A DNA stretch of 63,929 bases, filler included, from Craspedostauros australis (lineage: Eukaryota): assembly GCA_030167865.1 (NCBI GenBank). It is 21 parts of 21 records of this genome, joined end to end, with 100 filler letters (N's around TTAATTAATTAA, not from the genome) between each part and the next. Parts side by side here need not be neighbours in the genome. Positions count along the whole stretch, not along the records: positions 1 to 2,488 come from JALAGF010001319.1; positions 2,589 to 6,541 come from JALAGF010001320.1; positions 6,642 to 16,145 come from JALAGF010001321.1; 18 more parts are not named here. The stretch is one strand, 5' to 3'. Each line of letters opens with the position of its first letter. The first letter of the stretch is position 1. A model generated the notes under the pieces. It did not search any database and had not been told where the DNA came from. It was given only the letters and a program-made list of their open reading frames with translations. The position numbers and the translations under genes are program-made. This document shows, one piece after another, positions 1-11,377 of this stretch.

Positions 1-2488
1 GGCACACCCATCATTCGAAGCTTGTATCTCATGCCAATCACAATCTCCATGGCGACCTTGAGTGCTGTGAATTCTGAACCGAATGTTGATGTCTCAATTC
101 CATTTTGCTTCTTGCTGTACCATAAGATGGGTGAGGAATTCAAGAAAAGTAAAACACCTGTTCGAGATCGTCGTGTGTATTGATCTCCTGCATGATCTGC
201 ATCAACAACACATGTCATCTGCATTTCTTTGCCTCTTGGTTTTGGCATATCATGTGGTATCATTTCGCGTGCGTCGGGGTAGAATGATGCCCAATCTGGT
301 GTTGGAATGGTGTTCTTCTTGACGTATGCATCGTCGAACACCAAACGTGATCGGTCATGTGAGTTGAGATAGGCAAACATATGAAAGAGTACACGCAAAT
401 GACCAGTTCTTGGTGCAGCACAGCATGATGACATCATGCTTGTTTCACAGCATATGCCGATCCGTCCCAACTCGACGATCCACCTCAGGATCCCAATCAG
501 TTGTTGATAGTAGTTCATTTCCTCTGGATAACAAAGGGCCGTGGCGTCAAGCTCTGGACGGTAACCGTTTGGTAGCACACTTTGTGCGCTGTTTCGGAAT
601 ATACCGCCACGGGCCTCAAGCCATTTCTTCGCCATCTTCGTGACCTCTCGGACGTACTGTTGAGATCCCATGCTCCACTTTGGTCGTTCCGGTTCTGCTG
701 TCAAATGGAACGGAGCGATAGTAGAGCCTGGGTATGTTGTTGGTGGACCGATCGAGGCGGGTTTGAGAAAGAAGTAAGAACCAATGTGTGAGAGTATCGC
801 GCTGGGATCTTTGGAGATCGCCAGAATATCGTCAGTGTACACGAGGATGTACTCGTTATATTCAGACCCATCGCTCGTTACTGCTGGCTTCATCCATACA
901 TCGCTATCAGCGCGACACGAGGTGAATCCGAGCGAGTTCTGCAGTGTTTCTGCGAGATGCGCTCTCCAAGCAGCGCCACTAAATTTGAGTCCGTAGAGTG
1001 CGCGGCAAATGACTGCTGCCTTTCCTGCATCTGCCCCGAACTCAGGTCCACATGTTGTGTAGACACGTTCGCGACATGGCGCGTTGAGGTATGCATTCAT
1101 CACATCTGCTGCAAGTACATCCAGGTCGTTCAGCGCTGCCAAGAGGAATGCGATTCGCACGCTTTCGCGTGTCACCACACTGGCATATGTTATGCTGGAT
1201 GGTGCTTCAGTCATGTGACCGCCTGCCACAAGTCGCGCCTTTCATGTGAGGTCGACTTTGATATCGAAGATCATGTGACATGCAATGTAGGTGTATCCAA
1301 CTGGTGGCTTTGTGTCTTCTGTCTTGATGTTGAATGCTGGTCGAACGTTCTTCATCTCTTTCTCTAACGCTTTGCGCCAGAAGTCGGTTCCTGTCTCCTC
1401 GTCGATCGCAAGAGCTCGTTGGACGCTCTTTGGCAATTCGAGACCATATTTCTCGTTCCGTCGGAAGTATCGTTTGCGGTTGGCCATCAGGATGCGGTTA
1501 CGCCGCTTCATTGTGTAAGGAACCCACCATCGAAAGGCAGGCTCGTTGGTGAGCTGGTTGTTGGTTGCGTACTCGGCTGTCTTCACAGGATCAGCCTCCT
1601 TGGCATCTCGTAAATGAATCCATGATGCAGATCCGTCTTTCCATAGCACACACAGCTTCCATCCCTTGGTCGTCTTCGTGGTCGTCTTGTCATCAGCGGT
1701 TGCAGCGGTAGGAAGTCGTTTATGGTCGATGATGTCCTCCATCAAGAGTGTTGTGTATCCGTCGTCATCTGTTCGCGCGTAGAAATTTTCTGCGATCTGA
1801 TTCGCATTGAACACTTCGCTGTGTCCATCCACAAATTCAACCTCATACATGGACGTGTCAAGAAGTGGATTTGAATGTGAGTGACCAATCAGCTTCCCGC
1901 TTGCATCGCGTTTTCGGCGCTTTACTGTACCAAATTGGATGTCATCACCCACAGGTAGCTTGACTCGAGCGGACAGGTATCGATCGTATGCATCTTCATC
2001 GGCGTCAGCTGGCTCCAACAAAGGTTCCAATGATGTAGTCTGTTCCAGGAAAGCAATGTCTTCAGCTGTGTCGTCGACGTCGTCTCCGTCGTCCCCTGGC
2101 TTGATGCCTGCCATTCGATCTTTCCATTTGTTTTGTAAGTTGGACATGAAGTCGGATTGTTGTTGCTTCACTGCTTCACTGTTGAGGTCAACATCGGACA
2201 AAGGAATGACAGAGGATTTAGAAACAACAGCGCCAGAAGATGTGAGAATGTACGAGCACATCGCCTCACCCACGGCCTTTGATGGGCCGAGGTAGCGACC
2301 AAGATGTTTTGTGTTCATATTTGCTCCTTGGAGATTCATATACCAAACGAAGTCGAACCACCTGAATTCCGAAATGTGAGAGATATCAGTCGTATCGCCA
2401 GTCAATATTGTAGTTGGTGTTTGGCCATGTAGATAGTTGGAATTCGGCCACGTTTGTAGACGAACCGGAGTAGGCCTTGTGGACTGCC
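1..2488 (-). mobile_element. Ty1/copia (CoDi-like) LTR retrotransposon pol fragment: integrase C-terminus, chromo-like module, RT, RNase H, with one in-frame stop
   Basis: ORF 2405-1242 ends CHMIFDIKVDLT*. The same frame resumes KARLVAGGHMT..YASVVTRESVRIAFL..ADVMNAYL..ALYGLK..ILVYTDDILA (YxDD at about 840-829) and then VDADHAGD..RRSRTG..WYSKKQ..ETSTFGSEFTA (RNase H), running off the window start. INT-RT-RH order is copia-type. Confidence 0.95.
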
Positions 2489-2588
2489 NNNNNNNNNNNN
2501 NNNNNNNNNNNNNNNNNNNNNNNNNNNNNNNNTTAATTAATTAANNNNNNNNNNNNNNNNNNNNNNNNNNNNNNNNNNNNNNNNNNNN
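2489..2588. other. Artificial contig-joining linker (N44-TTAATTAATTAA-N44), first of 20
   Basis: Identical 100-nt spacers start at 2489, 6542, 16146, 17546, 18943, 23160, 29142, 30262, 33880, 37045, 39166, 42475, 43750, 45109, 46574, 51826, 54026, 59212, 60494 and 61748. The 12-mer puts a stop codon in all six frames and explains the ORFs ending in X..LIN. Confidence 0.98.
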
Positions 2589-3195
2589 GCACGTCAGTGC
2601 ATGAACGCAACAGCACATTCGCACGTCCTCGTTCTCCCACATCAACCAACCAGCCCATTCAGCCATCGGCACATCAGTGCATGAACGCAACAGCACATTT
2701 GCGCATTGTCGTTCTCCCACATCAACCAACCAGCCCATTCAGCCATTTGCACGTCAGTGCATGAACGCAACGGCACATTCGCGTGTTGTTGTTCTCCCAC
2801 ATCAACCAACCAGCCCATTCAGCCATCGGCACGTCAGTGCATGAACGCAACAGCACATTCGCACGTCCTCGTTCTCCCACATCAACCAACCAGCCCATTC
2901 AGCCATCGGCACGTCAGTGCATGAACGCAACGGCACATTCGCACGTCCTCGTTCTCCCACATCAACCAACCAGCCCATTCAGCCATTTGCACATCAGTGC
3001 ATGAACGCAACAGCACATTCGCACGTCCTCGTTCTCCCACATCAACCAACCAGCCCATTCAGCCATCGGCACGTCAGTGCATGAACGCAACAGCACATTC
3101 GCACGTCCTCGTTCTCCCACATCAACCAACCAGCCCATTCAGCCATNNNNNNNTCAGTGCATGAACGCAACGGCACACTTGCATACTCCCACATC
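2589..3195 (+). repeat. 80-bp tandem array, about 7.5 copies, truncated at the contig start
   Basis: Unit GCACGTCAGTGCATGAACGCAACAGCACATTC...CAGCCCATTCAGCCATCG starts at 2589, 2669, 2749, 2829, 2909, 2989, 3069 and about 3149, with few substitutions. Confidence 0.95.
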
Positions 3196-3266
3196 AATGC
3201 ACCAGCACACTCTCATACTCCCACCTCGACCACCCAGCACATTCAGCCATTGACACACACCCCACA

Positions 3267-6150
3267 ATGGTTGGCTCTGAAGTCCGTTTCTACAAAAATG
3301 GCCCTGATGCTACAGCACTGATCAAGGCTTTCTTGGATGAACCAACAAAATGGCACTGGGAGGCAACACCTCTACGTCTTCAGCATTCTTTCTTGCTCAA
3401 GTACAATGCGAAGAAGTTTGTTCGGACACTCCGTGAATTCAAACGAGCAATGGTGAAGAGGGGTTTGTTTCATCGTAAGTATGACACTCCCAGCATCATT
3501 GTCAACATTCCATCCTGAGCATCTCTGTTCTCAACAAGGCTACTTCTCATCATTGCTCTTTCTCTCTGTCCTTTGGCACCAACATATGCCCTTCATTGCT
3601 TTGTCATTTCATCCAGAGGACGGCATGCCAAACAAGATTTCTGTCCAAAAGCTTGGTGCCAACCTCCGGCCTGTGGATGAACCACAGGCTAACGACTCTG
3701 TGCTGGAAGCCTCCAATCATAATTCCAACAACAACAACGGCCACAGCTGCACTGGCAGGAACAGCACCAACCAGACTGATGCCACCAACAACAACAACAG
3801 GCCAGCACCAAGCAGACGAATCACACGAAGCAGCACAAGTGATAGATCAAGCAAGGATGACAATGCTTCCTCTAATGCTCCCAACGACACAGATGGGAGC
3901 AACGACAATACATGGGCTGCATATGAGGATGCCTCAGACGATATCGAAGAGACGGATTCTGATGATGACATCGACTACCTTGGGGTGTGCAACAAAGGGG
4001 TCGAACACAGATCCCAAACCATCCCACTGGACCCCATCACTGCAAGATTTGGCCGCTTTTTTGAGCTATCAGACGCTCAAAGAGTTGCCAAGTTCCGCAA
4101 GCTGAGTCGAACCATTGAGGTCTTCCACACAACTCAAGTGTGGAAGCCTCGCGGTGAGAGATATCGTATGGTTGGGGTGGATTTCCACATGCCTGCGTGC
4201 ACCACCAGGAATGATGTGACGGTGACCATCCAAAGTCGGGAGGTGGACGGCATACCTCGGATGTTCCTGGTGTTGCTATATAAGCCACCAACAGCTTTTG
4301 GAGATGACGGCGGCATCGTCGATATACTCATTGACAAGTTGGGCCAACCATTCTCTGACGCAGGACAAAAACGGGCTGCCCATGTGCAGCAGTTTCGGAA
4401 CGAAGATTTTGCGGATGCATTTCGATCGGAAATGCTCGTACCCATGCCATTTCCAATTGATACCATCTTCTGTGACACACCATGCCGAAGATTGGGAGGA
4501 GTGGTCTGGTTACGTCATGCTTTGCGGGACAATGACGGTGTCACCCACAACATCCTCACTATAACGGTACGTTTGAAGGAAGCGACCAATGTTGGTGTGA
4601 CCCGCCACTTCTCTGTATGCCATGGTCTGGGCTTTACAGATGGTGACGGAAAGCATCAGGATGGCCATGACACAGTCACTAACACACAAAGCTTCACCAC
4701 TGACATTACCAACCAAAATGCAAACAACACTCTGGGGAGCACGATGACCAATAAGGTCAGCACTGCAGCCACAAAGGCTGGCAACAGATTCACACCACCA
4801 ACACGCCGATCCACAATCGAGTCGGGTAGTCACCACCCCAAGCCAGCAGGGGACAATCTGCACACCAAGAACAGGCAACTACCATCGGCCACACAGCCAA
4901 GGCTGCATGGCCAACAAGCCACGCCCACAGCTTCCTCAATCAGTCACCCAACAGCAACCCAGACCACCACTGAAGACTCCATGTCAATTATGACAGACAG
5001 TACCGATATAATGCGAGATCGTATCGAAATCAAGAGAGCAACGATTGAGATGATGGAGGCTCAACTGGCGCTCAAGGTGGAGGCTAAGCGTGTGAAGAAG
5101 GCACAGAATGAAGCATTGCAACAGAGACCCAGATTGTTTGGAGACGTCCATGGAGAACGACGAGCAACAAAGAAGCCTCGCCTTGCCAAAGAAGTGCCCC
5201 TGGCAGGAGGTCCTGAAGTCAGTGTGGATGTCTCCCCAAATGGCAACAGATGGTGGGAGCATGAGGAGATCTCCCTCGATGCGGCGTTGGTTGATGGTGC
5301 TGGCCAGTCGGCTAGCAGATCAGTCGGTGGAGGTCCATCAGCAACAGTTCTGGCAGGTGTGGGAGCTGGTGCAGACCAGCGCATGCACCATCGCCCAAGT
5401 CCAGATGAAAGGAGACGGAGCAGTCGCATTCTCCCATCCCCTGTACGGGCCCGACCATCCAAGGATGGCAATTCTCATCACACAACACGAACAGATGTAC
5501 AGGCAATGCCACCACCGCGATCACCAGCAACAGCATTGGTGGAAGGCCCAGACAGTGGAAGAGTAAGGGCACAGGCAGAGGGGACAGCAGCAGCAGGATC
5601 GCCTCTTCGGGTCCTACCAGCCCATGAAGGACATGACCATCACACAACACGAACAGATGTACAGGCAATGCCATCACCGCGATCACCAGCAACAGCATTG
5701 GTGGAAGGCCCAGACAGTGAAAGAGTAAGGGCACAGGCAGAGGGGACAGCAGCAGCAACATTGCCTCTTCGGGTCCTACCAGCCCAGGAAGGAGATGACC
5801 ATCACACAAGACGAACAGATATGCAGGCAATGCCATCACCAACAGCAGCAACAGTAGGAGCCGAAAGCACCAGAATCGGAATGACATCGCCAACAGCAAT
5901 GCTGGAATCCACTGCAACGGTCCCTGAAGATGATACAAGAGCAGGGGAGGCAGCGGAAGGAAGTTTTGAAGAAGCCCTGGAGGTTGAAGTAGCATCGACA
6001 ACATCAACACCATCAACAGAAGGAGGGATGGAAGAACACAACCCTCAACATGACGATGCCAATGAGGAGAATGAGCAAGGGGAGGCAACTGCTACTGGGA
6101 TGAGGACTCGAGGGAGGTCAGCACGACAGCGCCGTGGTAATGCAAGTTGA
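3267..6150 (+). CDS. Two-exon hypothetical protein (exons 3267-3474 and 3617-6150): small helical N-domain, central globular domain, long disordered C-terminus
   Basis: GTAAGT at 3475 and CAG at 3614-3616 join ORF 3267 in frame to the 889-aa ORF (..GLFH-Q-DGMP..). No family recognised. Confidence 0.7.
5476..5850 (+). repeat. 162-bp (54-aa) intragenic tandem duplication, about 2.3 copies
   Basis: HHTTRTDVQAMP...LRVLPA unit starts at about 5476, 5638 and 5800. Confidence 0.9.
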
Positions 6151-6641
6151 CTGCCTTCAGTATGGCGAACGAAAGTTGTAGATGTAGAAGAGAATGGCAT
6201 AAATAGTGGAGTCAGAATGTGCAACTTTTGCTTGTTGTAACTAGATGAATCCTGCTGGTGGAAATGCAACAAGTCAAGTGGCGATAGAGTTCGAACAACA
6301 TCCGCAACCCCCATTCGAAGAGAGGGTAACATGCTGGCTCTGTGGCTGTCGAATGTGTGGAATTTCATGGAGGGGTGGAGGATCCGCAGACCAGAATGAC
6401 AAAATCCAAAAAAAGACAAAATGCAGTACATGCACAACACAAGAATAAGCAGAAAAGCCACAAGTCCCTTTCGAAAATACGTAAGAATTTTTCACCATTT
6501 GGTTGCCCGCATCCATTTTTTTCTTTCGTTTTCCTTCGTCGNNNNNNNNNNNNNNNNNNNNNNNNNNNNNNNNNNNNNNNNNNNNTTAATTAATTAANNN
6601 NNNNNNNNNNNNNNNNNNNNNNNNNNNNNNNNNNNNNNNNN

Positions 6642-6686
<45 letters not shown>
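6642..6686 (+). repeat. (TG)n microsatellite at contig start
   Basis: Read directly from the sequence. Confidence 0.95.
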
Positions 6687-6687
<1 letters not shown>

Positions 6688-7251
6688 GGTGCTGGCATGC
6701 ACTGATTCCAATCGTGCGTCGACTTTCGGTCCAAAACAGAAACGATCGGTGTGTGATGTCTCTCCTTGCATACGCGGTCATAGGCCAGACTGTGTCGTGC
6801 TCGTTGCAGATGGCGCTGTGGGTATGTATTTAGCGTCTGTTGTGCGACCGTCCACCAAAAAGGAGGAATTTGAGGTAATGGCATATAACACACAGTTTTG
6901 CAACTTTCCATCGCATTGACCAATTAAATGTGACGAAAGTCGTGGAACAAAACAACTACATGATATTAAATATATATTACCGCACCTTTAGATGGTGGTT
7001 TTGTTTCCGACAAACCACGGAACGCATCAAACACAACGGCCGCACCAGCCACGCGCCTGCTCTGGTTTTCCTCCTTCGCCGCAGCGATGCTCGCAGTCGC
7101 ACGACAAAGATACGATACTCGGTGGGATAGTCGTACGTAAACAAATGCGCCGTGCCCAGGTCTCACCAGACGCAAGGAAGCACGCAGATTGGCACGTCCC
7201 GACCGGAACCGCCGCAGCCAACAGAAGCCACAAGTGACAGTGACCAAAACG

Positions 7252-10200
7252 ATGAAGACAACGAAGATGATGACGGTGCAGACGATTGTGGCGATGCTGT
7301 TGAGCGTTGCACCGTGCACAGCAAACCCGTTGAGCAAGCCATACATTCCCTTCCGAACCGAAGCTGCAGATGATGTGTTGGCCAAACAGCAGCTTGGTCA
7401 GCCAAGCGGAGCGATGAAGGTCAAGTCGAAGCTGCACCAGTACATGGTGGGCAAGGAAGTGGACAATCCCAGCTGTCCTCTGCAGTTCAGTTTGGGAGTC
7501 ACCGAGAAGCCGCACAGTGCCAGCCGGGCAGGATCTTTGGCCATCGTGGAACCGCCGCTCATCTATCCCGCGATCCCATCGCGTGGGCCTGGCCGCCAGG
7601 TGCTGCTGTCCACGCATTACGAGCACGTGCATCTGCTGACCGCGGCGAAGGAAGGGGCATTGGATGCGTCATCGCCATCATCATCCTCGATTTTGTCAAC
7701 AGCAAGTACGACTGCATCTGCATCTGCCACCAAGGACGCAAGCAGAGCGGCAAAGACGAAGAACAGCGTGAAGGAGACACTCATCTCGCAGGCTGATTTC
7801 CCCCTGCTCTTCGAGTCTTCAGCGTTCTTGGGTTCTCCTGTGCTAGGTGATGTCAACCAAGATGGCATTGTCGACGCCATCGTTGTCGACTACGACGGAG
7901 GTCTCATCGCGTTCGGATTGAAGTTGGACTCCAAGGGCCAACGCTACTTCCACAAGGCGCAGGTGCCTAGATTGTTGGTCCGACGACAGTGGATGGTATC
8001 AAGGCTCAACGAGACATTGCCAGAGGACCAAAAAGTTGCCGTCGATCACACTGAGCACCACAACGATCACCACGGAGAAGATGAAGAGGATCCGCAGGAC
8101 AGGCATCCATATGCTCAGGACAAGCCGGACGATCCGTACCATTCCTACTTCGAGTACAGCTACGGCCAGGGTGCTGCCAATCAAGAGTCGAAGCTGCAAG
8201 GCGTCTCCGCCGACCTTCTCGGTCAGGAGCATGAGGACGTCCAGCAGCTGGAGAAAAGACGAAAACGTCGCCACCTTGCCAACGGAGACGAGGCATCCAA
8301 ACGTGACGACGGCGAACTGTCTCGTCTTGCGCGTGACGAACAGTCCAATCGCAGGCGGCTGCAAGAAGTTGCGCAGAACGATGTGGAGTCCTTCGAGTCC
8401 TCCGTTGATAGGGAAGGAACGCAGGCCACGCCGGATGCTTCGCAGCAACAGCAGTCCGGCGAGGTGCAAAATCAACAGACAGAGCAGCAGCAGGATGAAC
8501 AAGCGCAAGCTGACGAGTCACAGAAGCAGGAACAGTTCAATCAACAGTATGCAGAGGAGCAGCAGCAGCAGCAAGATCTTCATCAGGAAGGAAATCAAGA
8601 GGATAGTCATCAGGACAATCAGCGAGGTGAGAACCAAGCCCACGAACAGGTCAACGAACAAGAGCAGCAACCGGAGCAAATTCAGCAGAACGAAGTGAAC
8701 GTGGAAAATGGAAATGCCGCGAACGAAGTCACAGGCGATGTGAGTCCTGAAGGCATCGATGGCGAGCAAAAGCAACAAGAACATCAGGATCAGCCGCAGG
8801 ATAACGACCCAAACCAACACGAACAAGATCAACAGCAGCAACAACAACAGCAAGATGCAAGCGCGACATTAGGTCACGAAGAAGAGCCTGTCGAGGATAG
8901 CGGGCCTGTGGAGGACGACTACTACAGGTTCCACGGAGATGAGGAGAAGTACGACGGTGTGGAAGAATCCTTCGACTCGGGGGACAACCCAGAGGCGGAC
9001 GAACAAGCTGTAGACGAAGACGAAGAAGATAGAGAACAAGAACAGCTCAGAGAATACAACGGCAACTTTTACGGAGATGACGGACTATCAGAGGACGTTG
9101 ACGAGGACACTCCTGCCTTCGACGAATACAAAGGATACGACGAATACAGGGGGTACGATGATTACTACGGACGATACGAAACAGACTATGATACGTACTA
9201 CAACGAGGAGCACTACGTGCGGATCCCGCCTCACGTACTGTGCGCGCCGGTGTTGGTGGAAGCGCCCAAGCTTTACGGCAAGGATGGGGAGATGGAGGAT
9301 CTTCTCTTCGTCGCCGTGTCGTACTACCTTGACGAAGACGAATACGAAGGTTTCTTCTCGTACAAACGATTCGACGGCGTCACTGACTACGGCGATGAAA
9401 CAGAGGTCCAGCGTGGGATGTACGTTTCCAATGCCATCATGGTGTACCAGTTCGGGAGTTCCCCACGATGGGGACGCCAGGAGCATCTGGACCTCAGCAC
9501 GGATCATTCGGCGCCTGTCAACACGACGCTGGTCGGGTCTTTCCCCCTCCTCGAGGACAACACCCGAAAGGGTGCTTTCGCACTGTCCACCCCAACGATC
9601 GCCGACATCGATGGCGACGACGTTCTCGACGTGATGATGGGCACGAGCATGGGATTCCTGTACATCTTCGACGCACGCCATCTGTACACGAAGGATAAGT
9701 GGCCAGTGCAGCTCCAGTATGGCATCGAGTCGAGGGTCATCGTTGAGGATGTCCGGGATGATTCCAACCTTGAGATCTTCGTGGCTGACGTTGGCGGCAA
9801 CGTGCTGTGCCTCAATCACAACGCAGAACAGGTTTGGCACCGCGACCTGGTGGACAGCGTCATTGGCAGAAAATGGAGTCACGAATTCGCCGTGAAGGCG
9901 TCGAGCTCGATGGTGCTCGGTGATGTCGACGGCGACGGCCTCCAGGACATCGTCCTGACGGTGCGCTTCCAGATTTCCGCGCAGCACGAGACTGACTACA
10001 TCTTTGCCTTGTCGGCTGTCACCGGCAGGGACGTTGAAGGTTTCCCCCTCAAGATCGTCGCAGATACTGCCAACGCGGACGATCCTGAGCTCGGAGACCA
10101 ATCCGTGCACCAGAAGCTCCCGGCTCCTTTGCTGGTCGACTTACATGGTGACCAGAGCTTTCTGTCTGAGTATGTTCAGAGAGGTGGTCATGGCGCCAAC

Positions 10201-11010
10201 GCGTGGGATGGTGGACGCGCACGGCCAAAGGACGGTGGCCAACCATCGCATGGTGGCAACGCGAATGGCCTGCACATCGTGCAACCGATCGGTTCCAACC
10301 TCATCATCGTCGAGGCAGGTTCTGGATGCACGCAAACTGTCTCCGTCGGCCAGGAGATGCTAGCCATGATCCAGGTGGATGATGTGCATGGAACCAACAG
10401 CCTTGACCTCGTCATCACCACCACATCTGGCAACGTCATCACGCTCGAGTCTCAAGCGCCGTACCACCCGCTGAACACTTGGAATCACGGTGAGATGAGG
10501 GGTCCCATGAACGCCTTTTCGCACGGGTACAGCGCTTCGCAGGGCATTTTCGTCCATGATGTCAGCCGGCAATACCGCGACATCTTCGGCGTCTACATCC
10601 CGGTGACGTTCGAAATCTTCGACAACCGTCCCGGCATCTCGCAAGAGCCTGCACGACAGACCTACCCCGTCGAGATCCGCAACGGCAAGTCCTTCTCACG
10701 CACACTGTTCCGCAAAGTGTACAAAGAGACGGGGGTGTACACGGAGCGTCTGTACATTCCGTATGGGCCAGGATTCTACGTGCTGACGGCAATGCTGAAA
10801 TCCACCCACGGGCTAGTGTACGAGGATTCGTTCCATCTTGGCTACAACGTCCATTACATGGATGGGTTCGGAATCCTCCTGTGGCTCCCTCTCGTACTCG
10901 CGTCGATCTGCATCTTCTTGTGCGGGGCGCGCAAGGTGCACTGGGAAGACGATGACTTCGATGCGGATGGAAAGGGCGGTGGCATTTTGGGTGGAACGTT
11001 GCCAGAGTAG
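7252..11010 (+). CDS. DEX1: DEX1-like (defective in exine formation 1) FG-GAP beta-propeller type I membrane protein
   Basis: Intronless ORF, first ATG at 7252. N-terminal signal peptide. Ca-binding FG-GAP motifs GDVNQDG, ADIDGDD, GDVDGDG. DEX1-typical segments HVLCAPV..VAVSYYLD, LDLSTD, SxPTIAD..GTSMG, S..PYHPLNTW. C-terminal transmembrane helix and short tail. Confidence 0.88.
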   Translation: MKTTKMMTVQTIVAMLLSVAPCTANPLSKPYIPFRTEAADDVLAKQQLGQPSGAMKVKSKLHQYMVGKEVDNPSCPLQFSLGVTEKPHSASRAGSLAIVEPPLIYPAIPSRGPGRQVLLSTHYEHVHLLTAAKEGALDASSPSSSSILSTASTTASASATKDASRAAKTKNSVKETLISQADFPLLFESSAFLGSPVLGDVNQDGIVDAIVVDYDGGLIAFGLKLDSKGQRYFHKAQVPRLLVRRQWMVSRLNETLPEDQKVAVDHTEHHNDHHGEDEEDPQDRHPYAQDKPDDPYHSYFEYSYGQGAANQESKLQGVSADLLGQEHEDVQQLEKRRKRRHLANGDEASKRDDGELSRLARDEQSNRRRLQEVAQNDVESFESSVDREGTQATPDASQQQQSGEVQNQQTEQQQDEQAQADESQKQEQFNQQYAEEQQQQQDLHQEGNQEDSHQDNQRGENQAHEQVNEQEQQPEQIQQNEVNVENGNAANEVTGDVSPEGIDGEQKQQEHQDQPQDNDPNQHEQDQQQQQQQQDASATLGHEEEPVEDSGPVEDDYYRFHGDEEKYDGVEESFDSGDNPEADEQAVDEDEEDREQEQLREYNGNFYGDDGLSEDVDEDTPAFDEYKGYDEYRGYDDYYGRYETDYDTYYNEEHYVRIPPHVLCAPVLVEAPKLYGKDGEMEDLLFVAVSYYLDEDEYEGFFSYKRFDGVTDYGDETEVQRGMYVSNAIMVYQFGSSPRWGRQEHLDLSTDHSAPVNTTLVGSFPLLEDNTRKGAFALSTPTIADIDGDDVLDVMMGTSMGFLYIFDARHLYTKDKWPVQLQYGIESRVIVEDVRDDSNLEIFVADVGGNVLCLNHNAEQVWHRDLVDSVIGRKWSHEFAVKASSSMVLGDVDGDGLQDIVLTVRFQISAQHETDYIFALSAVTGRDVEGFPLKIVADTANADDPELGDQSVHQKLPAPLLVDLHGDQSFLSEYVQRGGHGANAWDGGRARPKDGGQPSHGGNANGLHIVQPIGSNLIIVEAGSGCTQTVSVGQEMLAMIQVDDVHGTNSLDLVITTTSGNVITLESQAPYHPLNTWNHGEMRGPMNAFSHGYSASQGIFVHDVSRQYRDIFGVYIPVTFEIFDNRPGISQEPARQTYPVEIRNGKSFSRTLFRKVYKETGVYTERLYIPYGPGFYVLTAMLKSTHGLVYEDSFHLGYNVHYMDGFGILLWLPLVLASICIFLCGARKVHWEDDDFDADGKGGGILGGTLPE

Positions 11011-11377
11011 TTACGAGTTGACAGTGCATAGTACACATTACACAGTACATGGTCTACATTTCACAATTGAAGTCAATGGATATGTAGATGAAAGCATACA
11101 GAGTTGTGCAAGAGTTCTTGAACATGTCAGTGAAGTTGTTGCTGCTAAGAGTGTCTGTACTCGTACGTGTGGAGACTGCGTTTGAGATTTGCGATTTGTC
11201 GATGAGTTGATTTGCTGCTGTCGGCGAATTAGATGTACGTATTTGTTTGTACTCGGAAAGAGGAGGAGAGATCGCATCGTTCTGTATCGTACCGCGTTGT
11301 ACGAGTACATGCTTGTGTCCGTCTGTCTCTCAAATTAAAACGTTGCCAGGCCAGCCCTTTTGTCGTTCGTTCTGGTT

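Noticed and set aside
2589..3195. 80-bp array (and the 74-bp array at 43850) as a CRISPR array
   Set aside because: Units are head-to-tail with no unique spacers, no cas genes are present, and the context is eukaryotic.
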